DNA from: Trypethelium eluteriae | Lineage: Eukaryota | Direction: 5' to 3' | Assembly: GCA_051942245.1 (NCBI GenBank) | Contig: JAVECL010000066.1 | Coordinates: forward strand, 1 to 63,886 | Length of the DNA: 63,886 bases | Shown here: positions 50,681 to 63,559 of the stretch, piece after piece | How the letters are laid out: each line of letters begins with the position of its first letter | Position numbering within the stretch: position 1 is the stretch's first letter | The notes under the pieces: model-generated | Told to the model about the DNA's origin: nothing | Database searches by the model: none | What the model saw: only the letters and a program-made list of their open reading frames with translations | Made by a program: the position numbers and the translations under genes

Positions 50681-51433
50681 CTACTTGACGATCTGTTCTA
50701 CATGATCGCGTTGCTGCTGCTGGCTCGTCCAATCAACTAACTGCCTCCAATCCCGACATTTGTGATTTACACGAAACCCATGAACCCCGTTGATACTCTC
50801 GTCGAGGATTTCTAATGTTGTGTCTGCGTGGCACATCAGGCTCTGCCTGATCAAGTCGATACAATGACGTACATGGCTTGGCCTTACGTCGATGTGAATA
50901 TCCTCATCGCGCAGTTGCTGACCATCAGTTGCTGCTGCGTGGTTGATGTGATAAGCCTTTCTGATATTGTCAAGACAGTGAAGCTGGTGAAACGAAGAGA
51001 ATGTTGCTCGTGTTGGAGCGACCGTGGGATTGATGAAGAACCCGCCTTCTAGAGGGAAGATCTCGCGCCATGAACGATCGGTTTGAGCGGAAGGTGCTTC
51101 GGAGAAGCTCCGATTGTACATAAAGTGATATTGGACTTCATTGACTAAATTGCATTATTCAGTAATCAATAGTGTAATGTAAATACACAAAGGCTTTTTA
51201 TGCTTTCGGGGTTGAAACATAATCGACTTACGTTCGAATGGAGGACTCCCAAGTTCGATCCTATTCACAAACCAGCTGGCGGCCTGCGCGAACCCGATGC
51301 CTAGTAGAAAGCACGCAACCGATATGACCGCAGGTACAATCCATCGATACTTCTTGACAGCAATTTGTTGCTGTACTCCATCATAGTTGTCTTGCTTCTG
51401 TAACCGAGTATAACTAAATTTACGAAATGCCAT
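50681..51433 (-). CDS. DUF3328/UstYa-family oxidase #2
   Basis: MAFRKFSY...TM (WIVPAVISVACFLLGIGFA), one phase-1 intron, then FSSFHQLHCLDNIRKAY, SHVRHCIDLIRQSLMCHADTTLE and HKCRDW. Both HxxHC motifs are intact. Confidence 0.93.
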
Positions 51434-54073
51434 AATAACGTCGTTAAGGAACATCAAATCACGCTGACACTCACATTCCGTAGCTTTTGCAAAGTAAGAC
51501 GTACTAGAAATGTATTGTGAGATCGGGAACGGACAGCACCGGGCTAATGCCAAGGCACCTCTACGTTCAATAGTTTCTGATTCCTTGGTTCGCGATTTCA
51601 GCTTTGCTAGCATTCAGGGATAACTGAATCACTGGAACTATATTGTGGTCCCCTTTGCCACACATGCACCAGCAATGATTGCCAGCGTCTTGCACTTCGG
51701 AAGTTTAGTGGCTGATCGCTACGTCGGTAGCTATTCAGACTGGAACAACGGCTACGGGCCGTGTCGATGTTTCAATGCACATGAAGCTTTGATAAACACC
51801 CAGGACTAGGGAAGGGGCAGGAGACGGTGACTGGACCTGATCAATCAGCAGCGTCCTGCGCTCCAAGGATAAATGATATCCGAACAGGGAAATCGGAGAC
51901 GACTGCCGGTCGAATAAATTGAGCATATCAGATTTCAGCGATCAGACAACATAATACGCAACACCTGCATGCACTACCTTCTTGTCTTACCAGAAAACTC
52001 TCGCTTCACGTAGGCAACATCGCCTTTGAACTTACTAAAGTTATAGCTTATATCATCTCAAGCAAGCCCGACACAGGCTTGGGGCTCAGCTATGTTTCTT
52101 CTGCCTTTCCAGACGCCATGCTGTTCACGATTTGTCCGCAAAGCTGGTAGATCTAGAATGAAGCAGAGCTGAAGACAAGCACTCTTGCGGCACATGCACA
52201 CTTGAGTCTGGAGGCAAGACGTCGTGCATCACAGCAAGGATTTAATTGAGTAGTAATCGTAAGAATGGGGTTGGGTGTAGCGATGTTCAAGCTCTGTACA
52301 TGTCAGGGCAGCGTCAGAGGCAGCAATGCACGTGAATTGTTGATGAACAAATTGGAATACTAAGGTAAGGGACGGACGGGAGTACATGACCTTACCTACG
52401 GTACTTCACTAATCTTACCTTACCTTATCTACCTGAATTATGCTAGAGAGCTTCAGAGTCTGCCGAACTAGCGTCGGACACGTCACCCGAGCATCGCCTG
52501 TAGGTTCGGCCGAAGGGTCAGCCCATCGCCTGCCTGCCAGTATCCATGCTGCGTACTGTAATTCACAGCAGGTTCGTGCGTCCGACGTTCGGGGCTTGCA
52601 TTAGGGGGTTCGCATACCAAATGACGATGATTGCTCTTCGAGGAGGAAGCTTGAAGGATTGTGGAGTGACTCCTTCAATTGCGATTCGCTAAGGTCCTTA
52701 TGCAAATTGCTGGAACAGGATTAAAAGGCTCGATTCAAAGATGTCGTAGAGATCGGACGTAGAAGGATGCTTTGGCTATGACATTAGAGTAGTACGTGAC
52801 CGGGATCTCAGCGCGGCGTAGAGTACCGCAGAAGCCGCTCGGGCACGTTCTTACAGAGAGCAGAAACTGCCATAAACCTTTCCAAATGCTCCAGCTCCGA
52901 AACCGAGCCGTCCGATCCTAGATGGAAGTTGACAATCCTATATGAGGACAGGATATAGAGTGAACAGCGCAGTTGTACAACATCTTCCCGCGTCCGATGA
53001 CCACGAGGTGCATTAGCGCGCTCTCGCGCGACAGTGTTAATCGCTGCTCGGCGAGGAAAAGCTGAAAGGTTGTGGAGGGCGGCCTCCACTTTTCATTTGC
53101 TAGGATCTTTACCCGGGATTGTTGCAAAGGCCCGGACAGGTCGATTGGAGAATGTCCTGTACATCGGATGTATGAGAATGGTACACAAAGCAGATCGCAA
53201 GGCAGCCTCCAGCGCCCAACCGTGCTGTAGCATCCTACTGTGCACACTAGAAGTCGATTGTCAGACATTGATGCAAGCATTTGACGCAATCAAAAAACGT
53301 ACCACCATCAGCAAGTAAAATTTCTGCTTCAGGGACCCTGTCAGGTATTCAAAGCAACATAAGGTATCGATGTACAGGACTTTCTGTATTTTACACGTCA
53401 ATCAAGACGTCAAAGAAGGAACCAAGTCTGGCTGTTGTGCTTCAGCTTCCACTAGCCTTCTTGACATCTTGGGATTGGATGACCTTACGAGATGTGAAGG
53501 AGCAAATAGAACACCGCCGCCAACTGCGGTGAACTGCAAAACATAATCCAATACTAGTCGCATCCCGACACTGAATTCGCACTCTAGACCTACCGAGTCG
53601 CGGACCCTACGTCTATTACAGAGAACCTTAGTAGGGAGATTATTTAGATATTAAAGTACAGTCGATATTGGCGGGAACATGCACTCAGTGTCAGAATGCA
53701 ACCAGTCACGTGCCAGCCTCGGATTACGTTACCTCCCACCATGTCTAAAGTACGGCGTCAGAGTACATCCGTTTTGTCCAAACTTCATCAATCAAGTATC
53801 CTTGAGAATAGGTATTGATACGGGCCCTTGCGATAAATGTGACAGCACGTTCTTAAAAGTCATCAGAGATCTTTTGTTTCTGCTCAATGCCTAGGTAGGT
53901 TCCTGTACCAGAATTATGCAGGAACAAGGCGCGTCGCGTAGGTATGTATCGTACCTCTGTTTCCCAACTCGAGTGCTACCTTAGCGTGCTGCTGTGCCAC
54001 CTAGAAATGACGAACTGTTCATTGACGACCTTCTGGATATTTATCAGTCTCGAATTAGCTGGATTGAACAAGT

Positions 54074-55678
54074 ATGTCGTCCTTCTACTCCACGCTGATC
54101 GTGGCAATAGTCAGCGTCACCTTGTTTTACGCTCAGAGACTACTTGCACGTTACTTCACAGCCCGTCGTCTCGGCTGCAAGCCTCCTCCACAACTCACGA
54201 CGAGCAGTCCAGCGACAACTCCCCAAAATGAAGTCGAAAGCACCCCCAAATCAGCGACTGGCTGGTTTGAACTCAGCGCCGAGTTGCATGAACGTTTCGG
54301 CTCCACCTATCAAGACCGTGGCTTCGTCAATCTATCTATAAATACGCGAGACGCCGAGAATGTTCAGGCCATCTTTGGCTACGAATCACGCGGATGGGGT
54401 GTTGCTCCTTTCCGGCTGGCTGCTATGGCACCTTTCTGTGGTGAAGGGGTCTTGACGGCTGACGGTCACGTATGGGAGCAGTCTCGCTCTCTACTCAAGC
54501 CTGCTTTCCACAAGAGTCGCATCTCAGACCTCTCAACCTTCGAGACATTGTTTGACCAGGCACTCGCCAAAATACCTCAGGACGCATCTACCTTTGACCT
54601 ACAGCCATTGTTGATGTCATTAGTATGTATGCGTCGCGCTCGTAAACTCCATTGTCTAACTCTGTTCTGGTTTGTCGATACCTCCGCAACCTTTTTGCTG
54701 GGCGAACCTCTAGGTGTCTTAGGCAATACCACGGCTTCAGGCGCTCCTCTCGATGGTCTGTCCTTCCACAAACACTTTATGCTTTCTCTTCGTGCCATCG
54801 GCATACGTCTAAAATCTCGTTGGCTTCGCTTTATCGGTCCGCAGAAAGAGTCAGTCATACATTGGCAGCTGGTGCATGAATATATCGACTTCTTCGTGAA
54901 TCGATCTATCAAAATGACTTCAGACGATCACAAAGTCCCGCCCACAAGTCTCGTGCAAGCGCTAGCCCAGCAAACAAACGACCGGAAATTTATGCGCACC
55001 CAAACAATTCAAGGCATGATAGCGGCTGCGGATACAACTCCATTGCTCATTTCCAACACTGTTTTTCTACTCGCTCGGCATCCCGAAGTTTTCGCTCGAC
55101 TGCGCTCGGAAGTTGCTAACATTACATCAAAGCCAATGAGTCTCGAGGATACGAAGCAGTCATCGTTCCTTCGAAACATCCTTCGAGAATGTATGTAATG
55201 GGTTACCAATCTGCATCGAATATGTATCGAAGATGTAACTAACTCACCTGGTGCAGCTCTCCGTCTGTATCCCGTCTTCCCTACCTTAGCTCGCGTCGCT
55301 CTTGTCGACACGGTACTTCCTCGCGGTGGGGGCCCAGACGGCAGCAGCCCAATCTTTGCGCCGGCAGGCACTCGCGCCCTATCAAATTTTTTTGCCTTGC
55401 ATCGTGACAAGTCTGTATTTGGCGCTAATGTAGAAGAATTTGATCCCGGCCGTTGGGAGAAGATTAGCCCCGGACCGTACGAATACATGGCTTTCGGTGT
55501 AGGGCAACGGGCATGCCTTGGGCGGCAGAAAGCCATAGCTGAAGCGTCGGTAGCTTTAATCAGGATCGCACAAGAATTCAAGAGCATCGCAAGCAGGGAT
55601 GAGAGCGCTTGGTGTGGTGAGCAAAGAATGGTCTGCATGAACGTCAACGGCTGCAAGGTTGCGTTCGTGCCGACATGA
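54074..55678 (+). CDS. Cytochrome P450, CYP52 clan-like; carries a retained 48-nt intron-like insert
   Basis: TM anchor, GVLTADG, AAADTT, ILRESLRLYP (across intron ~55192-55256), LPRGGGPDGSSP, heme motif FGVGQRACLG. Confidence 0.88.
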
Positions 55679-56216
55679 TCCATGGACTAGATAGCTGCTT
55701 CCGTGGAAGGCTGCAGACTGGTACAAAAAGGCCGAATGCACCTACATCAGCCTTGGCAGGCATGCTTGCTGCCTGATTCCAATGTTGGGTCATTATGGTG
55801 GTCAGCTAATTCTAGCCGCTCGATGAGCCGTTGCAGCGGTCAGTCATGGGTGAAGAATAGGTCTTCGTCGCCTTAACTCGATGCATAACTAAGCGTGATA
55901 CAAACCGTCCATCAGGCGTCGGCAAACACCAAGTATCAGCAGGCATCGACGAAAACGACAATGCACGGCACAATCCACAGATTGCAGAGGCCCACCCGTG
56001 CCACCAACATCCCGTCCCGTGTGCATGTGCAGAACCGCGCCGTTCCGCACTCCTTCCATCCTTGGGAACCCTTTCGATCTTACTCTGATCCAGCGTCCAA
56101 GGGCTGGACGATATCCCTTGCTACAATCAAGTATACCGACTGCTCCTTCGGGCATACTTTTGTCAGTTCAAATTGCAGAATGCATTTCCTTTCGGCTCTG
56201 GTTTCACGTCAGCAGA

Positions 56217-58212
56217 ATGTCTATCATCAATGGTTCAAGTGCTTTCTCTGACCCTCGTGTACTACCTTCTTTTCTTTGCAACCTCCAGACTTATAACTAT
56301 GCACTTTTTCTCATTATTTTCTTCGTCTTCGCGATTTACAGCGTCTTCGTCTCGCAGCTTCGCTCTATTCCAGGTCCTCTTATCAGTCACGTAACGCCGC
56401 TGTATCGTGTCTGGATACTTTGGTCGGGGGACTGCGCTAGTAAATTCCAAGCGCTGCATCAACGATATGGACCTGTCGTCAGGACTGGACCTGACTGCGT
56501 TGTCATTAGTGAGAATGCCGCGGTAGCCAAAATCTACGGTCGTGGTTGGAGGTTTCCCAAGGTATGAAAGTGTCACGCATTCATGACCACTCAGTAGCAA
56601 ATACATGCAATGTATGAGTATGCAATAAGGCAGAGAATGGGTTATTTCATAAAATGACTAGTCAGAAGTCACCGCTGATGTGCAAAACCTGTTGCTTCAA
56701 GGATATATTGCGGTTTGATACACTCCACTTTTCGATTTCTCAGTAATTTATTCAATTCCAACCTTTGACTCAAAGCTCTCTATATACTGAACACAGTGAG
56801 TAGGTGCGACTGTACGGTAATACTGATAAGTCTGTCATTCACACAGAGCCAATTTTACCGCCTATTCGCACTCACACAACACTCCGTGATGCGGGACACG
56901 GTGTTCTCCACGCGCTCACGCAATGAGCATGAAGTACTCGCTTCGCATGTTGCTGGCCGCTTTTCCTCACCTCTCAATCTTGCCGCTTCTGAGAGCATGA
57001 TTGACAAATGTGTGGCTCTTTTTGTTGCCAAGATGCGAGATGCAGGTGGGCAGACAATTGATCTCGGTACCTGGCTCAAGTATTGGGCATTCGATACGAA
57101 CAGCGGATTCTGCTTTGGGTCGCCTGTGGGACTAATAGCTGCTGGCGAGGACTTGAACGGAATGATTGCACACACGGAGACTGGATTCCGAATCGGTGCT
57201 CTCGTGGGCCAAGTACCTCGATGCAATCGATTCTTTCTCGGGAACAAGGCAGTAATGCGGCTGTTGAAGCGCGTTGGTGTCGAGGATCTGACAACTTTCC
57301 TTGTCAAGGTTTTGGCCGATAACGCCACGTTAGTGAGCGACGGCTGACCATGTTGTCGTCAACATAGTACGCCGAGCAGAAAGTCTTCGAGAACGATAAA
57401 TCAAAAGAAGAGGTTCGGCAAACATCGCTATTGACGTGGCTGAGAGAGGAACGGGAAAATGGCCACAAGACGATGAGTGAAGATGACATCATAATCCATT
57501 TAACCAACTCATTGTGAGGACCGCGCAGTCTCAATACTTGCATCTGCCTAGCTAATCGCCTAGTAGCGTCGCTGGCAGCATAACAGTTGCCACCTCGATT
57601 GGCGCAACGCTATATTTTGCAATGAGAGACCCACGCGTGTACATGAAGCTGGTCGCCGAGGTCAGGAACTTGGAGCAATCGGTGACTGCTGACTATGCCG
57701 AAACTATACGCATGCCGTACCTGTCAGTGTTTACAATCGCGTATAAGAGTGAATACAGCTGACAGCACTCCAGCCAAGCCTGCATCAAAGAAGCTATGCG
57801 ACTTGCACCCACCAACAATCTCCCACTCGAGCGTCTCGCTCCACAAGAAGGTATCGAGGTGAGCGGCCATTTCCTTCCTCATGGTACGAATGTAGGGTGC
57901 TCCGCTTTTATCCTACATCGAGATTGTAGTGTGTATGGACCGGATATAGATACTTTTCGCCCCGAGCGCTGGATTGAGGGTGATCCCGTAGCCATCAGCC
58001 GAATGCAAAAGCATTTCTTTGCCTTCGGAAGAGGTGAGCGAGGCTGCAGTGGGCGAACACTTGCCATGATGATGATGGGAAAATTCATCGTACAGATCCT
58101 GCGAGCGGTGGACGTGGAATGGGCTGGTCATCCCACTGGGTGGAATCTGAAGGCATGGTGGATGCCTGAACAACGCAACTATTTTGTGAAGTTTCGATCA
58201 AGGTCTTCGTAG
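56217..58212 (+). CDS. Cytochrome P450 (pisatin demethylase/benzoate 4-monooxygenase-like)
   Basis: 5 exons with consistent phases. LRSIPGP, LHQRYGPVVRTGP, YWAFD, VAGSIT, KEAMRL, FRPERW, heme motif FGRGERGCSG. Confidence 0.9.
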
Positions 58213-59801
58213 AGACAGGGATCTGGTCAAAGGGGTATTTTGGACGTAGTTGTAGCCTAAAGCCTTTGGTGACTTTGCATGGAGAAGTGGAGAACGTGCC
58301 GCACGTCAATCTACCAACGTCATGTTATCACTTCGTACTACGTAAGTTTAAGCCATCTCGCTGGAAGGAAGCCAGTCCGGAGAAGAGGGATAAGTACTTC
58401 TTTGCGCTAGGGCTCGCGTACGTCATCTAGCCTGCATTGATCACACTGATGCAACGCTTCTCCACTTCTCCAGGGGAAGTAAACCATACTTTGGCAAGAG
58501 TTTGGCGATTATGCAGATAAAGTTTTTAACGCAGGTCTTACGAGTCTTTGATTTGAAGTGGGCGTCGAATAGTGACTGCAGGCTCAAGTACTGTTTCGTT
58601 ACTGAGCAATATGGAATGTACGGAAGGTTGTAACTGACAAATGTGTCGTAAAGGTCTCCGAGGGAATCAAAGTAGAGCGTCAAAGAACTTTCTAATATCC
58701 CTCGCGTTGGTGGTACTGTTGCGCATGAACGTTTTCTGTATGAAACAAATCGTGCCGTCTTAAGCAGAACCTCTTAGAAATATTGGGAAATTATCAGAGT
58801 TCAATCGAACGCATGTGAGGCTGGGTCTATACTCTATCGGTAGCATCATGTATCTAAAACGTCGATAGTGCTGACCATCCATTCAGGGTTGAGAGCCTTT
58901 GAAGCGGTAGCCGAAGCTTCCGAATTCGCTATCTCCAATGTCCAAGCTCTGCGCATCATCTTCTACGCACTCCAAAGGCAATCTAACAGAAGATTTGGAT
59001 GGATCGCAATTTTGGAGACCGCCACTCCTGACTCATTTTGGAAGTCTCGCTAGACCTTCGATCTCTCAGAGCACTCGTTCATGCCTCCCCAATGGCGCAC
59101 CGACGTTAGCAACGTCCTTGGCTTTTGGCCTTCTCAATCAACCGTCCTCCGTGTGGACGACGGTGGAGGACAGTGCGAGAAACCTTGCCATGATCCGCTA
59201 AAGCACGGTAGGGTCTAGGCATGCCGGGAGGTACACCTTGTGCCAGTACCTGAACAGCTCTATCCAGGTTATTATAGCTTACTGTGAGATGAAGGGAACG
59301 AGGAACAAAACGCGCGAGAAGAGCTCAGGGCGCGGTCTGAGTGGGCCCGAGCCTGACCGTGAAGAAGGGCCTACTTTTGAGCCTCTTTATCTTTAGCTGT
59401 CGCCAGGAGAGTTCTCGGGCGGCAATCGAGGACAAGCCCTTGGGCAATTCGCAGAATTCAACCCGCACACGTCGAGATGAGAGATTCCAACCTATTTTCA
59501 AGATTCATCTCTGCTTAATCATCGTATGCAACTTTCTCCGAAATTTGGCGTGTCTTAGTTGTGGTGGCTGACCAATCCTCTGCTCCGATTGGCCCGATGC
59601 GACCTTATTACACCGTGTGGACTGGGGTGAGCAATTCCAAGAGAACACTCCATTCCGGCATTTAAACATTTCAGCAGAGAAGATTCACGGCGCATCATGA
59701 ACTCAGGCTGAGCCTGTAGCGAATCAAGACTGTGACAAGAGTCCAGCAGTCTCTACAATTTGGAAGATGAGCATGCGGGCTTGGCTCACAAGGATCTCGT
59801 C

Positions 59802-61551
59802 ATGGGAATAAAAGGGTGTTGGACTTGCAGAGGTAAACACATCAAGAGTGGATAAGCTGCCATACGAACGTTAATGGGCTGATTTCTACTCAGAACGTAA
59901 AGTCCGGTGTGGCTCGCATTGGCCAAGATGTGGCAACTGCACGAAGGCGCGGCGCGTCTGTCAAGGCTATGGCATCCAGCTGTCCTGGCCTCGAGATGGC
60001 GACAGAAAAAGAGCAATAGTCTCGCGAGATACACGCCGGGAAGTGAATACTCTTCAATCAAATGTCAAGAGGTTCTTGAATTCATCTTCCTGGGACATAT
60101 CGCTATCGGAAGAGCTAGAGAACGGAAGGATTTCTGGTGAAAATCACCTCCGACACATTGTCAAGCTGCTTGATACGAACGGCAGTTACCTGTAGCTCGT
60201 TATCTTCGTACCATGATAGCTCCCTCGCCCGACCTATCTATCGCCCACCGCCATAGGCAGAGAAGAGTCACATTTACTGGGGTTCTGTATGTAGGCTGAC
60301 TCTCCAGACCCAATCATTCTACTGACCAAAACATCTCAGTCAACGAATCAAGATCACTGATGCTAGGACCAACCGACGAGGAGGTATTGGCACAATTTAT
60401 CTTGAGAATTGCCTTCTCAGATCCATCCGAGGCAACCAATCCAATCCTACAAGGCGTGTTTGCTCTCGCATCGCAACAGCTCCACGGTAGCTTGAAGAGC
60501 TTTCGCTACAAGCATCTTGTCATATCATCAATTAAAAAGTCATTCAACTGGCTCGACGAGAAGACGCTGCTTCAAAACTTGATGGCAGCGATGCTTTTGT
60601 ATCATTATGAGGTAGTATAACTCGGTCCGCATGGGCTTGCCACGGTCGGCTAATGATCACAGCTCTCACTCGAATCAAACTCCAAAGGGAGTTGGGTAAT
60701 ATATATATGCGCAGTGAAAAAGATTATCAACACGTCACCAGCAATTCACAAGCTGGTTCGGCAAGAATATTCGGTCTTCCTTGATTGGATTTATTATCGC
60801 GAGGCCCTCGCAGAATTCACAGTCAGGCATTGGACTATACCTTATGAAGATTGCGGCTTTGCTCCAACAGCAAGATCACCCAGAGCCATCGAGGGAAGCG
60901 ATTCAAAGGTAAATGGAAGCCTTGGGCACTTTCCTTCGGAATCATCTAATACTGCGGCAGTTAGAGGACAACATCGGCTGTCCAATTGATGTGCTCCAAC
61001 TCATTGTACATACATGTAGACGAGCCATAGTCGCAAACCCCTCCGAGATGAATTATGCGAATGCTGGAATGGAGCGCACGAAGGTGCTGGAACAGAACAT
61101 TTCCAGGGCAGTGGGATATTATGGCCCCATTCACGTGGAATCTACGACACCGATAGACCGGAATACTATGGTCTCCGATCTTCATCGACTTGCGTGCTTG
61201 ATATATGTCAATCGGGTGGTCCATTGCGTTTCAGGCACAGAATTCCGTCATAGACAACTTGTGAGAGAGGGAATATTGCTGTTGACCAAGATGATAACAT
61301 GCCAGAGCGCGTGGCCATTGTTCATTATCGCCTGCGAAGCAGTTGACGATGATCAGCGCCTTGCTATCCTGGACGTCTTTGAACAAAGTCGGCAAGACCG
61401 AAGACGAAGATCAAGCCACATTCATATTATTCAGCATATGGTCGAGGCTGTATGGAACCAGCATGATCTCAATGCGGAGAACCAAGTCGATTATCTAACA
61501 ATATTCGATGCGGTTGTTGGTGGAGTTCCATTCATGCCACCATTTGCCTGA
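59802..61551 (+). CDS. Zn(II)2Cys6 transcription factor with Fungal_trans_2-type C-terminal domain
   Basis: MGIKGCWTCR-(intron)-ERKVRCGSHWPRCGNCTKARRVCQGYGIQLSWP. C-terminal WPLFIIACEA..DDQRLAILDVF. Confidence 0.9.
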
Positions 61552-61603
61552 GTTCAGGTTTTGGCCCCATCATTTCCATCCACTGTTCTGACCAGCTTCC
61601 AGA

Positions 61604-62693
61604 CTAGAACCAATCAACATTTCCGTGATGTGTTACAAATTTCCCACTGTTTGCTTCCGTCAAACTCTGAATCACCTGAAGCTGATGGGTGACTGATTCG
61701 TCTACCGAAATCGGTTCATTGACGCTTTGGTCGATCTTTCGGAATGCATTTAGCATGAATTTACGTATATCCGGGGCGCCTGTGACTGCTTGAGCTGTTC
61801 TGAGTCAGTCATCTGTGCCGACACGGTTCGCCTTGCGTATTGACTGACCAGCATCTGTGTTTACCCATCCTGGACTCAGAGACAGTGTCTTGATGCCATC
61901 TTGGGCCAATTCAGCGCCGAACTTGGTGGTGACGATGTTCATGCCAGCTTTGCTGACAGAATACCCTAGCACGGTAGAAATGCCAGTGACACGATTGAAC
62001 TCAACGTCTCCACTAGGACTGGAAATGAATACGATCTTTTTCTCTTTGCCGTTACGAACGAGATCGAGGAAGGAGTTGATGACGTAGATGTTGCTGATCA
62101 GGTTTGCTTTGACCTTGTGCGGTCAACTTTTGCTGTTATCGCTCAAGTGCTAGCTGAAGGATCATACGTTCTCATTAATCTCCTTCTCCAGCGCTTCCTC
62201 CTTGCCACGACTGCACTGTGTCAGCAATTTGAACTCTCGAGCGCACTAGGCCCGTTCACTCACAAAGCACTTGGCGGTAGTGTGCTAGTCTCTGGCTCTG
62301 CGGAGCCAGCGTTGAGAATCAAGACATCGAGCGAACCGACGGTGACTTTAGAGACTTCAGCGGCAGCCTGATCCAATTTCCTCGGGTCGGAGATATCGGT
62401 CACTACAATTTGTATGTTTTTGCGCTTTGCAGCAAGCTCCTCAAGCGGACCGGCAGTTCCTCGACTTCGAATGATGGCAAACACTTGGTTCTTCGGATCG
62501 ACAGACTTTGGCGGCACAGTTAGTGGCATGCCTTTGCCATGACTACAGTTATAGCGGGTAGGCTTACAAGATTATCGACGAAGCCGAGCTGCAAAGATTC
62601 TCTTATTAGCATTTGAGGATGTGGTTGTGTTATTAATCTAGGAAAGCTTACGCCGATGCCTCGCGTCGCGCCGGTGATAGCCCAGGACACCAT
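61604..62693 (-). CDS. Short-chain dehydrogenase/reductase (CsgA-like)
   Basis: MVSWAITGATRGIG, LDVLILNAG, IVFISS, YSVSK catalytic motif, SLSPGWVNTD. About 5 introns; stop TAG at 61604. Confidence 0.9.
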
Positions 62694-63369
62694 TTTCAGT
62701 TTCGTCGATATTGGGCAGCGATAAGTGCCCAGTATAGAATGTTGAAGAGGGTTAGGATAATATGGATTGTTTTACTCAGTTCATTTCGTTGTGGTGATGC
62801 ATCGACAGAAGGGGAGGCTGTCGCATCCTCTTATACCCACGGCGAGACCCATCGCGACGTGGCACGGAAGTGAGGGGTATTTGGTCGAATATACTGTAAT
62901 CACTGGAAAGTATTTGCGAAGTAGTATTGGTAATTCGTTTTGGAGTGTTCGCTGATACTGTCAATAGCGGATAGCGGTAGAATTATGTAAAGTGAGGCAA
63001 GTTTCTCCGACTCTGGCCACTTTTCCAAGGTTTCTTTGACGATCCCCGAATGCGTATTCTCTCCAACCCCGACCCATATTCATGCTATGAAAACCCCAAA
63101 CTGTTAACAAGTATATAGAAGCCGTCGCTATGCGGTTTGATCTATCATCCCAGCTCCGGTGGTACGACGCCTCGCAAGGTGGTGAGGAGATTTTCTAAGA
63201 CTAGGATCATTACCAACATGGACATGTACATGCTAAGTACAACATTTGTTGAGCTCGGTGAGTTTTCGTCAATGGGACTAGATAGGACAGCTGCGCTCTG
63301 AAGCTCTTATGCAGTCAGACTCAGCCTCGTTTGGCGGGGCTGCGACTTTGCCTCTTCAGCCTGGAATCA

Positions 63370-63395
63370 CATCCTGGAATTTCATCCTGGAATTT
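63370..63395 (+). repeat. 13-bp tandem repeat CATCCTGGAATTT x2 plus a partial upstream copy
   Basis: Read directly. Confidence 0.8.
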
Positions 63396-63559
63396 CATTC
63401 TTTCATTAACTTGCTCTGCTATATCTTTGTCTCTCTTATACTTCTATGAGCTTGATTGTAGTTGCACTAGCCCTGCACCGTAGGCTGCTTCGACGTATTG
63501 GTACTGCGCTGCTGAGTTATCCAACCACACCCAGGCTGAGGTCGCGGACTTCCTAGACA

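Noticed and set aside
52800..53550. Short ORFs in the spacer between DUF3328 #2 and the P450, examined as a second precursor or a lost cluster gene
   Set aside because: No signal peptide, no acidic Tyr units and no recognisable motifs, with multiple stops in every frame examined.
58300..59220. Coding-like sequence between the third P450 and the transcription factor
   Set aside because: The frames examined are interrupted by stops and I recognise no family. It may be a decayed gene, but I cannot support that.
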